From Octopus sinensis (lineage: Eukaryota): a stretch of DNA of 64,000 bases. The notes beneath the pieces are model-generated. The model was not told the DNA's origin. It ran no database searches and was given only the letters and a program-made list of their open reading frames with translations. The stretch is taken from assembly GCF_006345805.1 (NCBI RefSeq), contig NC_043015.1, positions 15,996,001 through 16,060,000 on the forward strand, given 5' to 3'. The position numbers were made by a program, and so were the translations under genes. Of this stretch, positions 52,751 to 64,000 are shown in pieces; positions within the stretch are counted from its first letter, which is position 1; every line of letters starts with the position of its first letter.

Positions 52751-53032
52751 TGTATGTATGTGTGTGTGTGTGTGTATATTCATATATATATCCACAAAAC
52801 TAAATGTATAATGTGTATGTGTTTGTATCTTTATGACTTGATATTGTGCAAAAGTTGCAAACTTGCATCACTGTTATACAAGTGGTGTCATTTGTTTCTA
52901 ATCTTCTGTGGAAACATGTTTGGCCATGGATTGATAATAGGAAGGACAGACAACTGTGGAAAATAATTCATCTTGACAAACTCTTTCTGACCCATGTAAG
53001 CATGGAAAAGTAGACATTAAAATGATGATAAT
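52460..53032 (+). mobile_element. Near full-length SINE family 2: tRNA-like head, central TG/TATG microsatellite, RTE-type tail
   Basis: The head resembles family 1 and the element ends ccatgtaagcatggaaaagtagacattaaaatgatgat. Confidence 0.7.
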
Positions 53033-53039
53033 ACAATAG

Positions 53040-53215
53040 GCTCAATAAGGTATACTACACCTGATAGACTTCCATTCAGTTGTCATCTACCTAATTATGG
53101 GTCAACTCAAGGCTATGAAAAAGAATTACATGAGCCAAAGATACCATGCAGTGATGTCAAACCCAGGTCCACATGATTGTGAAGTGAACTTCTTAACCAT
53201 TCAGCCACACTGCAC
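53040..53215 (-). mobile_element. tRNA-derived SINE head, decayed
   Basis: Minus strand gtgcagtgtggctgaatggttaagaagttcac..gggtttgacatc. Confidence 0.6.
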
Positions 53216-53989
53216 TGGTTCTGCCTGAGAATTACATTAAGAGTACACGTGTGTTTGTGGAAGCTATTTACACATCAATTCAGAAGCAAGTTTGAACAAC
53301 AAAATCCTCATTTATGAGCAATGAGGATCCACTGCCACCACCACCATATATATATATATATATATATATATATTCTTGCAAAACAATGAATCTGCACTTG
53401 GCATATCTTATTTCAGTCTTCTTGGCAAAGTAACATCTGTTTTGCTTATAGTAAACCCAGATGAGATCAACAGTGCTAACTGCTGCAATGACTGCATTTG
53501 AAGGCACTTGGTCTTGTCCTGGTGCTGGTTTTGCATTGAGTTTGCAATTCTTTATCAAGACACCTCATTTTCTCGTCCCATCTTTTTAAACTCTTCTCTG
53601 TGTGTGTGTGTGTATTTACCAGTTTAAATGTTAACTTATTTCCTTTTACATTAAAAAATAACTTAGCTATTTGATAAATAGAGATTGATAAAATAAGTAT
53701 CAGACTGAAATAAATGCTAGAATTGATATGATTTACTAAAATCTTTGAAGGTGATGCCTCACGGTGGCCACAGTCCAGTCACTGAGGCCAATAAAAGCAT
53801 AAACCAAATATAAAATTGTGGCTTGAGCAAATGAAATTAAAATTTTCTATTTGAAAATATAAAGCAATATAAGAGAACCACCAAACTGGAGAAACTAAAC
53901 TATATTTCAGACCTTAATGTTATTGTATTGGCTGTTAAAATATTGAGTGAAATTTCAAATCATTGACAGATATAAAGTAAACCTTACAA

Positions 53990-54700
53990 TCCATCATATT
54001 CATGATGGAGTGGGACTATACAAAACAACTCAGAACATTGTATGAGAACTAAATGTTGACTATTCAGCAGATATTTATTATTTGCATTATTTTGTCAAAA
54101 AGGTTAAGCAGTTCAGTGTTGTATGAACCAAACAAAAATCTACACTATTACAGAATGTGCTTTGTGCTTTTTTTAACATAATAAAGCCTATCCATTTCTT
54201 GATTGTATTGGGATGGGAAAATGAACAGGTTCTGTATGACAACCAGAAGTCTTCTTGAAAGTAACAGAATAGGGTGAAACACTAAAATTGATGCAGCATA
54301 AAAAAGAAAGTTATGCTCAGTGTTTGGTGGCCAGAAAGTGGAATAATGCTCTGATGTATATTGAATCTTCACAAAACCATCACAGCAGAGACGTATTGTG
54401 AAGAAATTGATAAAATACACCAAGAACTGTAACGTTTATGCTGTCAGTTGAAAAGTTCCAATTATTCTCTTTCATAAAAACCTGATCTTACATCAGAAAT
54501 TGAATGACATGAGCTAAGAAACAATCTCATTCAACTTATTCCCTAGACCTCTCAGCAACCATCTACCACTTTTTACAAGTATTTGATAACTTATCTCAAG
54601 AATGCTCTTTAACTATTGAGCAGCAGCTCAAAATGCTTTCAAAGAACTCAACAGCACCAGGATTCCAGAATTACATACAATCACAATAAATAGTATTTTG
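53990..54700 (+). mobile_element. Mariner transposase fossil (catalytic domain)
   Basis: KVMLSVWW, TITAETYCEEIDKIHQEL, YSLDLSATIYHF (the YSPDL motif) and AQNAFKE; many stops and deletions. Confidence 0.8.
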
Positions 54701-55422
54701 TTTTGTTTCATTTTAGGTAAATATGTGCAGATTATGATAGTTATTATTTCAATTAATAAAATCTCTGAACAGAGACATATTGCTTTAAAGCTGGGGGTTA
54801 AAAACCTCAACTTAGTAATTTCCAAGTGGTTCACACACAGGTGTGTTCCAGCTGCCTGTTCCATTGCCAACAACGTAAGAAATAGATAACTTCCTTCATC
54901 AACTAAAAGCATTTACCAAAGATCTTGACACATATGATAACTATCACAACAGTAAAGCATGCTTGGATGTCTTCCAAAGTCTCTATGTCAAACTGCAACT
55001 GGAATGACTAATACATTGTAAGTCACATCAATAACTTAGCAGATCTCTCTGGCCCATCAGTTTTGAATCATGATGAATCTGTATTGCTCCTGCTGGTAAA
55101 ACCACTGCTTTCTCGTATTCTACCTAAATTTCATTTCCATTCCAACCATCTTTTCTTCACATACAGTTTCCAAATGTAAAAACATTTCAAGTCACTTGAA
55201 ACCATAAAAACTAACAAGGCAATCAACAACTCTAACAGTGTTCCTTTCATTACTCTCCAACAGTACTTCTACTCCCTTGAATTTGTGACTACTCTCAACA
55301 AAACTTTCATTTTATAACTGGCTGGAGATCTTCCTAAGATGCTTACTTCTAATCTCTGATTTCCATTCATCTCTCATCTCTCAGATCTTTAACAGTCTGA
55401 ACAGTGCTTTCTCTCGCTCCCC

Positions 55423-55484
<62 letters not shown>

Positions 55485-55547
55485 ATACATTTCACTAACT
55501 CTCCTATACCTCATGGTTCAGTTAAATCTTTTGCACACTTTGCTTTA

Positions 55548-56221
55548 TCTGTATACTATTAAAAGTGAAGTTCAATCTTGCTTGCTCGCTTGCAATGTTA
55601 CACAGCCAAACTAGTGCATAATAGGAAAATGCTTTGAAAGTAAAGTGCCCCTGAAATGTGAATACAAATGGAATAAAACAAGTTTCGTGTAAATTGGACC
55701 AGTAGTTATTGAGATATCTTGGGTTTGGGGATATAAATACCCAAAACGGTGTATAATGGGAAAATACTCCAAAAATATCTTCACCCTGAAAGAGAAGATA
55801 CTCTAATCTTTCCATTAGACACATTATGATAGGCCAAATATTTTTTAGTGAAAATGATTTTAAAAATACGATAAATATTTTGTAAAAGACCTGTTTTTAA
55901 CCTCAGTGTTAAATAATTTTTTCCATAGGCTTCTTTCAAGTATCTCACCTCAAATGATTTGGCTGCTATTTCAAGCACATCCTGCTACCACGTAACAGCG
56001 ATTTGCGATAAATACTTGCTACGTAGTAGCAGGGCGTGCAAGAAATAGCAGCCAAATCTTTCCTTTTCTGGGACAAGGAGACATTTACGCTTGATTTTGA
56101 TGTCACATTTGTTGAAAACATGCGAAATAACATGGAAAATAACAAAAAAACCCACAAAACAAAACTCCATTGCTGGGAAACTCAGACTTCCCCGGTGATC
56201 CAACGGGTCATGAGTAGTCTA
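55548..56221 (+). mobile_element. Non-autonomous Helitron (674 bp)
   Basis: Inserted between A (55547) and T (56222). The 5' end is TCTGTATACTATTAAAAG followed by (GCTT)n. The 3' hairpin CCCG-N9-CGGG (56190-56206) lies 11 nt before the terminal CTAG (56218-56221). Confidence 0.75.
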
Positions 56222-58644
56222 GTACTTATTAATGACCTCTCACTGTTATCTTCTAACCACACACTGCTGTGCAGATACCACCATTATTCACTACTCAGTA
56301 ACCTTCTGCATACAGTTGTGATTCTCATTTAACTTAAGCATCCCTCACCACACTTCCATGAAACATAACAACCTAGATTTTTTCACCAGTGCCAAAACAA
56401 AACCAATACACATATATAGGAAACTATTTCCCATGACAACTTCAGATATGTAACACAGCAAATCTGCATGCAAAAGTGCTAGAAAATACTTTAGCCCTAA
56501 TTAGTTGTTGACTCTTTACAAAGTTTAAGACCACATATGCTCACTTATCTGTTACGGACACTGCACACAGAAGCATGTTGAACTGCAACCAATGAAGGTC
56601 ATCTGGTTGATAGACAAAGAGACACCCACTATCATGATACGACCACTAATACATAAATGTCTTGTTTCTTCTCCTTGCATCCTCTTCCTTCAACAGTTTC
56701 TGTTCCTTGAAATTATTTCTCTGTATACCATCCACTTCTGTTAAATTTCATCTAATACTGTCATCTTTTCTTTGCTATTCACAAACTGTGCGCAATACAC
56801 ACTTTTTCCTAATCATTCTTCCTTCAATTCATGTTTTCTTCGAGCATCAAACTACCGAAGTTCTAGCATCAACCTCACCATACTAAATATTCTGTAATGT
56901 TCGTGAGAGTTCTCTCTCTCTCTCTCACACACACACACACGGGGGATGCATTTTCTTTGAAACATGATTGAAAAATACAACAGCGTTTCAGTTTGACACA
57001 TTTTTTTTGTAATTGTATTTGTAACCATAAATTATTGTCTACTTTCATTGAGGTGTCCACACCTTGTTAGTAGATGAAAGGATATCAGTAACAGTTGCTA
57101 TTCCAGTAAGAAGGAATCACAGAGTTCTTACTTTTTTTATACAGTGTCACACAATAACAAGAGCTGATTCCAACCCAGTGGCTGATGTCAATAGAAGTGT
57201 TAACAACACAACTTTCTTATATTCCATCTCTAATCTACAAACAGAACTAAACATTTAGCAATCAAAGTTTGGCAATCATATAATGTTATGCAAAATTTAA
57301 TACCTAGATGATATACCATCACAACCAAGTAATCAGCTTTCATGTGCCTCTTCTAACAACTGGAAGTTGATGACTGAAGGAAAACATGGGCAGGGAGAAA
57401 TTTCCAGAAAAATGATGATCTAAGAAGTAAGGAGGAGACAGCACATCTGTAGGTCAGAGGCTGTAGTGTATTGGTGAATGACTGCATGTGAATAAGTCAG
57501 GTGAAGATTTTCTCTATCATGTGATCTGAGATATCGCTGCATAGAAACAGCAGTATTGTTCCAGTTGTAGAAGCAGTAGTGAACCTTGCTGTGAGTTAGC
57601 AACTGTTGGGTGATAAAGTATTTTGCTCCTCTTGAGAGAGACACCAGAAATTAGGATGCAATTTTAGCTAAGGAGATATGAGAATAACTTAAAGAAAACT
57701 AGAGCATTGTCATATTTTCTCCAAATACAGCTACATGTGTGTGTGTGAGATAGAGAGTGGGGGATCTTTATTAATTCCTCAGTATCTGAAGGTATAAATA
57801 ACAATAATTAGGATAAATATTTTCTTTGCACTTTATGAACATCCCTTTTGGTATCTCTTCCTTTCTTTATATTGACATGCACTGCCTTTCTCTGCCTGCC
57901 TCAATATTCCAGTGTCCTTACCATACAGTTCTACAAACAATACTTAGTGGCAACTAATTAGAATGACAATGATACCACAATTGCTCTACTCAAGGAAAAG
58001 TAGAACCACATAAGCACTTGATTAACTCTGGCAAAATGGGTAGTAGTCAGAGGATTATCTAACTGCAGATTCATGATAAAACAACCAAGCACCCTGCGAG
58101 AAATAGCAGCCAAAACTCCCGACCTTAATTCAGGCCTTTCTCTCTTAAAAAGAAAAAAGAAAGAAAGAACACGCTGGACGCTGCTCTGGGATAAAATAAC
58201 ATTGGCAGTAATATGATATTGATGATGACGATGACAATGAGGATTTATTTGGCAGGAGTAGGCTTTCTTACCGTAACCCAATGTACATTAAGTGTATATG
58301 GTTACAATTTTTATAAGTTACTTTATCATCAATATTAACACAAACACACACATGCATGTGTGGATATATGCATGTATATATGTATAGGCACAGGCATGGC
58401 TGCGTGGTAAGAAGCTTGCTTCCCAAGCAAATGGTTCTGGGTTCAGTCCCACTTTGTGGCACCTAGGGCTATAGTAGAAGTTGTAGTAAAATAAATACGA
58501 GATGTTTTATTTATTATTTTACACATTACTTAATCATTGGTACATGTTTTTATCTAATATTTAAATTTTTCTATAGAATGAAATTTTTTCCTATTTGGTA
58601 TAATTAAATTTCTTCATTGTTGAATTGATAAAAGGAGTTTTTTT

Positions 58645-58646
58645 CT

Positions 58647-58680
<34 letters not shown>

Positions 58681-59032
58681 ACACACACACACATAATTAT
58701 ATAGATATATGTATACATACATATATACATACATATATATATACATATATACATATATATGTATATATACATGTACATCTAAATTTACATATGTATATAT
58801 ACATATATACACAGATATATACATATATAGACATATATATGTATATATACATGTACATCTAAATTTACATATGTATATATACATATATACACAGATATAT
58901 ACATATATAGACATATATATGTATATATACATGTACATCTAAATTTACATATGTATATATACATATATATAGACATATAGACATATATACATATATATAT
59001 ACATATATATACATATATACAATATACACACA
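58645..59032. repeat. (CA)n/(TA)n tract containing an 80-bp minisatellite (3 copies)
   Basis: atgtacatctaaatttacat at 58771, 58851 and 58931. Confidence 0.93.
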
Positions 59033-59132
59033 NNNNNNNNNNNNNNNNNNNNNNNNNNNNNNNNNNNNNNNNNNNNNNNNNNNNNNNNNNNNNNNNNNNN
59101 NNNNNNNNNNNNNNNNNNNNNNNNNNNNNNNN
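59033..59132. other. Assembly gap (100 N)
   Basis: Direct reading. Confidence 1.
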
Positions 59133-59467
59133 CCAGTCAAATACTGGGTCAAATTTTATTTACTTATGACTCTGTATCTCAATTATTGAAGAACAGCCAT
59201 TGGTTGTAAGTTTCCAACAAGCCAGTTACTGGTTCACCAGACTTTCTATGACAAGAGAGCATCTGTTACTTGGTAAACTATTGAACAATTCCACTCACAA
59301 GGCATGGATCAACCTTGATCTCTGGTAGAAGACACTTGACCAAGGTGTCACACAAGTGAGCTCAAAACTTAGAACAATATAGCTGCAAAGCAAACTTCTT
59401 AACTATATGTAGCTAAGCTGGTTGGATTGTGTCCCCACTAAATTTTGTAGTCCTGTGCCAAAAGTGC

Positions 59468-60165
59468 ATTGGCAGAATCATTACAGAGTTGGACAAAATA
59501 CCTCATTTTTATTCCAGCTCTTTACATTCTGATTTCAAATCCCATGAAGTTCAACTTTGTCTTTCATCTCTCAGAAGCTGATAAAACAAAATACCAGTCA
59601 AGTACCGGGGTTAATGACATCAAAGAACTTCTTCCCCTTAAAATTGCCGGCCTTGTGCCGAAATAAGAAACAATTATTATATTTTTTATAATTATATTTA
59701 GCCATGTGGTAGGATAATTAGCATACCAGACGAAATGCTTAACAGCATTTCTTCTGACTTTTTATATTCCGAGTTCAAATTCCACTAGGAACAACTTTAC
59801 CTTCCAGCCTTTTGAGGCTGATAAGATAGAGAACCAATCAAGCACTATAATCATTTTACCTCCTCCCTTCAAAATTACTGGTCTTATGCCAAAATTTGAA
59901 ACTATTATTATTATTATAGCTGTTGTTGTTGTTATTATTATTAGGGTGGTGAGCTGATGGAATCATTAGCATGCCAGACAAAATGCTTAGTGGGATTTCA
60001 TCCATCTTTATGTTCTCAGGTTAACATCTGCTGAGATCAACTTTGCCTTTCATCCATTGGGGGGAGGGGGTTCAATAAAATAAGTACCAGTTGAGCACTA
60101 GGGTCAATATAGTTCACTTACCCCCTCCCTGAAATTGCTGGCTTTGTGCTAAATTTTGAAACCAC

Positions 60166-60204
<39 letters not shown>

Positions 60205-60220
60205 CATTATTATTATAAGG
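59468..60220 (+). mobile_element. Three head-to-tail copies of SINE family 3, each ending in (TTA)n
   Basis: Copies at ~59468-59680, ~59700-59915 and ~59943-60220 share gaatcattagc..aaatgctt..ttcaaat(t)cc..aactttg.ctttcatc..aaattgc.ggc.ttgtgc.aaa. Confidence 0.85.
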
Positions 60221-60524
60221 TAAAATATTCACCACATAAAAGTGAATGTTGCATTAGAACACACAAATATTGTGATATTTACCAAGACAGAAGGTTTTTG
60301 ATGAATAAAGGCACATCATAGCTATGACTAGCAGCAGACAATCACCACTACTTCTACTGCCAGAACCACCAGATCACATGATTTCTGCCTCTTTTGGCCT
60401 TGTCAATGGTAAACACCTGGCTGCTGGAAATAGCAGTAATTGCTGTGCTAGCAATATACGTAGAAATATAAACCTCCCAATCAGGCACCGGTGTCACCAA
60501 AAGCCAGTGAGCTTACTAAAAAGT

Positions 60525-60840
60525 AAATAGAGTGACAGAAACAATATTAATACCAAAAGGCAAAATATTCACCACTGAAAAGTGGATGTTGCATTAGGAT
60601 GCACAAATATTGTAATATTTACCAAGAGAGGAAAACTTTCATATGGATTTTTGGTGCATAAAAGCACATCATAGCTATCACTAGTAGCAGACAATCACCA
60701 CTACAGGATTACCGGATGATGGGATTTCAGCTTCTTTTGTCTTGGTATATACAGCAGAATTTGTGTTCTTATGCAACATCCATTTTTAAGTGGTGAATAT
60801 TTTACCTTTTGGTATTAATGTTGCTTTTGTTGCTCTATTT
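60525..60840. mobile_element. MITE with ~85-bp terminal inverted repeats, preceded by a partial copy at 60218-60520
   Basis: aaatagagtgacagaaacaatattaataccaaaaggcaaaatattcaccac.. matches the reverse complement of 60758-60840. Confidence 0.8.
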
Positions 60841-61118
60841 CATCATCATCATCATCATCATCAGTCCGCTTTCCATGCTAGCATGGGTTGGGCGGTTCAA
60901 CTGGGGTCTGTGAAGCCAGAAGGCTGCATCAGGCCCAGTCTGATCTGGCAGTGTTTCTACGGCTGGATGCCCTTCCTAATGCCAACCACTCCGTGAGTGT
61001 AGTGGGTGCTTTTCACGTGCCACCCACACAGGTGCCAGACGGAGCTGGCAAACGGCCATGGACGGATGGTGCTTTTTACGTGCCACCGGCACGGGGGCCA
61101 GGCGAGGCTGGCAACGGC
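60841..61118 (-). mobile_element. Young RTE 3'UTR copy (about 2 tandem units plus terminus)
   Basis: Reverse-complement match to 26000-26318; CpGs retained. Confidence 0.9.
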
Positions 61119-62116
61119 TCTATCTATTATTATTATTATGATTATTATCATCATCATCATCATCATCGTCATCATCTTATTTTACTCTCATAGTGAGATG
61201 TTTTTTCATTCACTGAAACCCAGTCTATTCAAGTATTCCCAAATGAGATTTTCATTGAAGTATTTGTACAAAGGACTATATATCACCTAAGAGATGGCTG
61301 CCCTCAGTCCCCAGGCATTAGGTAGACAACAACAAAAAAATAATAAAAGGTTTGTTTTACAAATTTCAAAAGTTCTATATATGTACATCCAAAATACTTA
61401 CCCCTACACAATTATGCTGCAAGACAATTTGCTACAATGGCAAAAAAGAAAAACACAAAATCAAAACACATTCCTAAATTTACAAGATGAAAGGTTCTAG
61501 TAGAGGGGATGGTGGCTTTATGCCAAGTTTTGAGAGGCTAAATATGATAGAGAGACAGGCATAAGTGTCTTGCTATAGAAGAAATAATCGCTACCCTGCA
61601 TTACTTAAGGGTGGGTGGGAGTAGCTGGAAAGAAGACAATGATAGTGGTGATGAGGTACTCTCAAAATACAAGATGGGAAGTGTGATGGAATACAAAGAA
61701 TCAGAATGGGTGGGTGGGTGGATAAGTTCATTAAAGTGCAAGAGGAGAGAGACAGATGGTTACAGACGGTGAATGGAATAAACGGGGGGGGGGGGTGTAG
61801 CCAATGGTAAATATCATTAAGGTAAAAGGAATAAAAGAAAAAGTGGCTCAGAGAGGAGGATTTGGTAAGTGGAAATACATGAAGAAAGGAAGGAGAGCAG
61901 CAAACCTGGATATGCATCCCCACAGACATAATTATCAAGTGTTGCATCATGTATTTATAAGTGACAAATAAGCTGAACTATACGAGGCCTCAGATTCAAC
62001 TATCAATTCTTCATGATCTGTTACAAAAGAAAGTGCTGGATGGTTTTTCAAATGATAACCCCCATTGTACTTTTCACAGGATACTGTTGTCCAGTTACTA
62101 CACATTTAACCTAGAA

Positions 62117-62341
62117 TAGTGGTTCACAACCATTTTTTTCTCATGACCCCTTTGGTACATATTCTACTTGGATGGACCCTCAAAGCTATTTGATGCTTCA
62201 AAAATCCTATTATATTTTTATTAAAAAATTTTGATATTTTGTGTCTTGTAGAAATATAGCCAATTTATTGCAGATAAATTTTAACAATAAAATCTTATGT
62301 AGACTTCCAAGGTTCATATTGACTACAATTAAGAACCACTG
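62117..62341. mobile_element. hAT-type MITE
   Basis: Termini tagtggttcacaac / attaagaaccactg, resembling CAGTGGTTC-type TIRs. No clean 8-bp TSD. Confidence 0.45.
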
Positions 62342-64000
62342 TCATCAAGTCATCAACTTTTTAGAAGCATTTTTTAAATTTCAATGCAAAAACATTGGAT
62401 CAATCATGTATTCTCAATTCTTGCATGAAACTTATGTTAAAAAGAATTTAAAGCCAATAATGGTTGTTTTCGTGTCTAGAAATTATAACACTAGAAAAAG
62501 TGTACCTCTGACAATCAAATCGTCTTCTTTTTTAAGATGAATTAGATTAAAAAGATATAAAATATGACATCTCTCCATACATCTCAGTTCTGTACCATCT
62601 CATTTTTGAACCCAAATATTCTTGGATCTGGCTTAAATATTTCTCTCTTGTGCTTACTTTAATGTACCTTTAATTCTATCTACCACAAATATATTACATG
62701 TCCATACAAGTGTAGGAAACTCTTTTGAATTTATCTGCTAATGAATATTCCTGCTCCATGTGAGCTCATCTCAAAAATATAGAGTGCAAAAGAAAATGTC
62801 ACTATTTTTCAATCTACTGATCAATCTAGTCTTCCAAAATCTAAAGCGTAATTACAGAAGAAAAACTCTACACAAGCTAATTCTGGAACTCTCAGACTTT
62901 GGTCTTGTTTAAAATTAGATTGTTATCACATATAATAAACCATAAAAAATATACAACAAATATATAAATGCATTTTGCTCTATAAATAATTTGTACACGT
63001 ATGCATAAAAATGCATGTGTATATATTTATAAAATGTGTATGTATATATGCTCTAAAAGTATATGCGTGGGTTGTGTATATATAGATAAACATGCGTGGG
63101 TATATGTGTGTATGTCTATATATATGTACATATGTGTATGCCTATACATACATACACACATGCATATGTATATATATATATATACACACACACACACATA
63201 TATATATATATAGATGCACACACACATACACATGCACACATGTGTGTGTCTATACATATGCAATTTATTATTATATAACTTGCCTGCTGTAAAAATTTGA
63301 AGGAGACTGGTTTTCACAACTCTTCCTTTCTTATAGCATCAATGAAAATTAACCTATTTAAAAATAGATGAACTAATATAAATGTTGATTGCATTAATTA
63401 TATTTTATCATATTTCTAAGGTCATTTACCTATCACCATCACTAGGTTAACTTACTTTAAAAGAATCAACTCTGGGATGTAAATGTATCAGATTGCTTTC
63501 ATATGCTTTGTTTGTCTTCTGTGTATTTCTTTGTTTTCTTTCTTAATCTTTTATGTTTTTAAAGCAACATCCAAATATAGAAATGTCTTGCAGAGATTTG
63601 AGTCATTATCGGTCAGAATGCTGCCATATGACTGTACTCTGCTACTTGGGTGTGGTGTTATATCAGTAGGAGTTGTCGACAAAAAAGTAAGAAAATATCT
63701 GAAGCACTTTTCTTTAAAAATGATGTTTGTGGGATGTTAAAGAAATGTCTGAAACCTTCTTCAGAATCATGTCTGTGGGATGGTAAATCTTTAACAGAAT
63801 TTCTCAAACAACAGACAACATTACTCATTCCATCACCAAGCTGACTCAGTCATACGACAACATTATTTGCCTGGGCCTGTGGGTGGAAACTTGAGAATTC
63901 TGAGAAATTTACTTCACATATTGAATTTAACTATATTCTTTATGCTTTTCTTTAGATCAGACAGCTGTACTTGTGTATATGTGTGTTTATATGTGTTTGT

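Noticed and set aside
53280-53558. 92-aa minus-strand ORF ending in GGGGSGS
   Set aside because: No recognisable domain or splice context; it passes through a TA microsatellite.
55950-56220. CpG-rich patch as a bidirectional collagen IV promoter
   Set aside because: The CpGs are explained by a young Helitron and repeat-family-4 fragments, and no adjacent first exon is supported.
57147-57227. Signal-peptide-like ORF MEYKKVVLLTLLLTSATGLESALVIV* (minus strand) as collagen exon 1
   Set aside because: An in-frame TGA precedes the only good phase-0 donor (AAA|gtaaga at ~57131), and earlier GT sites are weak. Hydrophobic mini-ORFs arise easily in T-rich DNA. It would need transcript evidence or a sequencing error.

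Overview
AT-rich, microsatellite-dense animal genomic DNA. The repeat landscape (RTE LINE with a (GAT)n tail, several tRNA-derived SINE families, Penelope remnants, long TA/TACA tracts) looks like an octopus genome; this assignment is inferred from recall, not proven. The only host gene I can support is the 5' part of a type IV collagen alpha1-like gene on the minus strand. Three phase-0 exons (32737-32684, 15220-15086, 4763-4719) splice to ACSGCEPKCLCNGTKGER-GNFGLRG...GPKGHR-GDQGLPGMRGLPGIP, the 7S domain, and are separated by 17.5 kb and 10.3 kb introns. Its signal-peptide exon could not be identified. Everything else is transposon-derived or low-complexity: CR1/L2-like, RTE and R4-like (RLE) LINE fragments, a Penelope GIY-YIG fragment, mariner and possible hAT fossils, SINEs, MITE/fold-back elements, a non-autonomous Helitron and a 100-N gap. 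The most interesting signals are: (i) a tRNA-headed short element carrying a Penelope-type minimal hammerhead ribozyme, present twice head-to-head; (ii) an RTE 3'UTR built from tandem ~62-bp hairpin units; (iii) a GC/CpG-rich, heavily self-complementary ~190-nt island at 29.9 kb; (iv) a Helitron carrying a 103-nt hairpin. Most long ORF-track entries are microsatellite artefacts.
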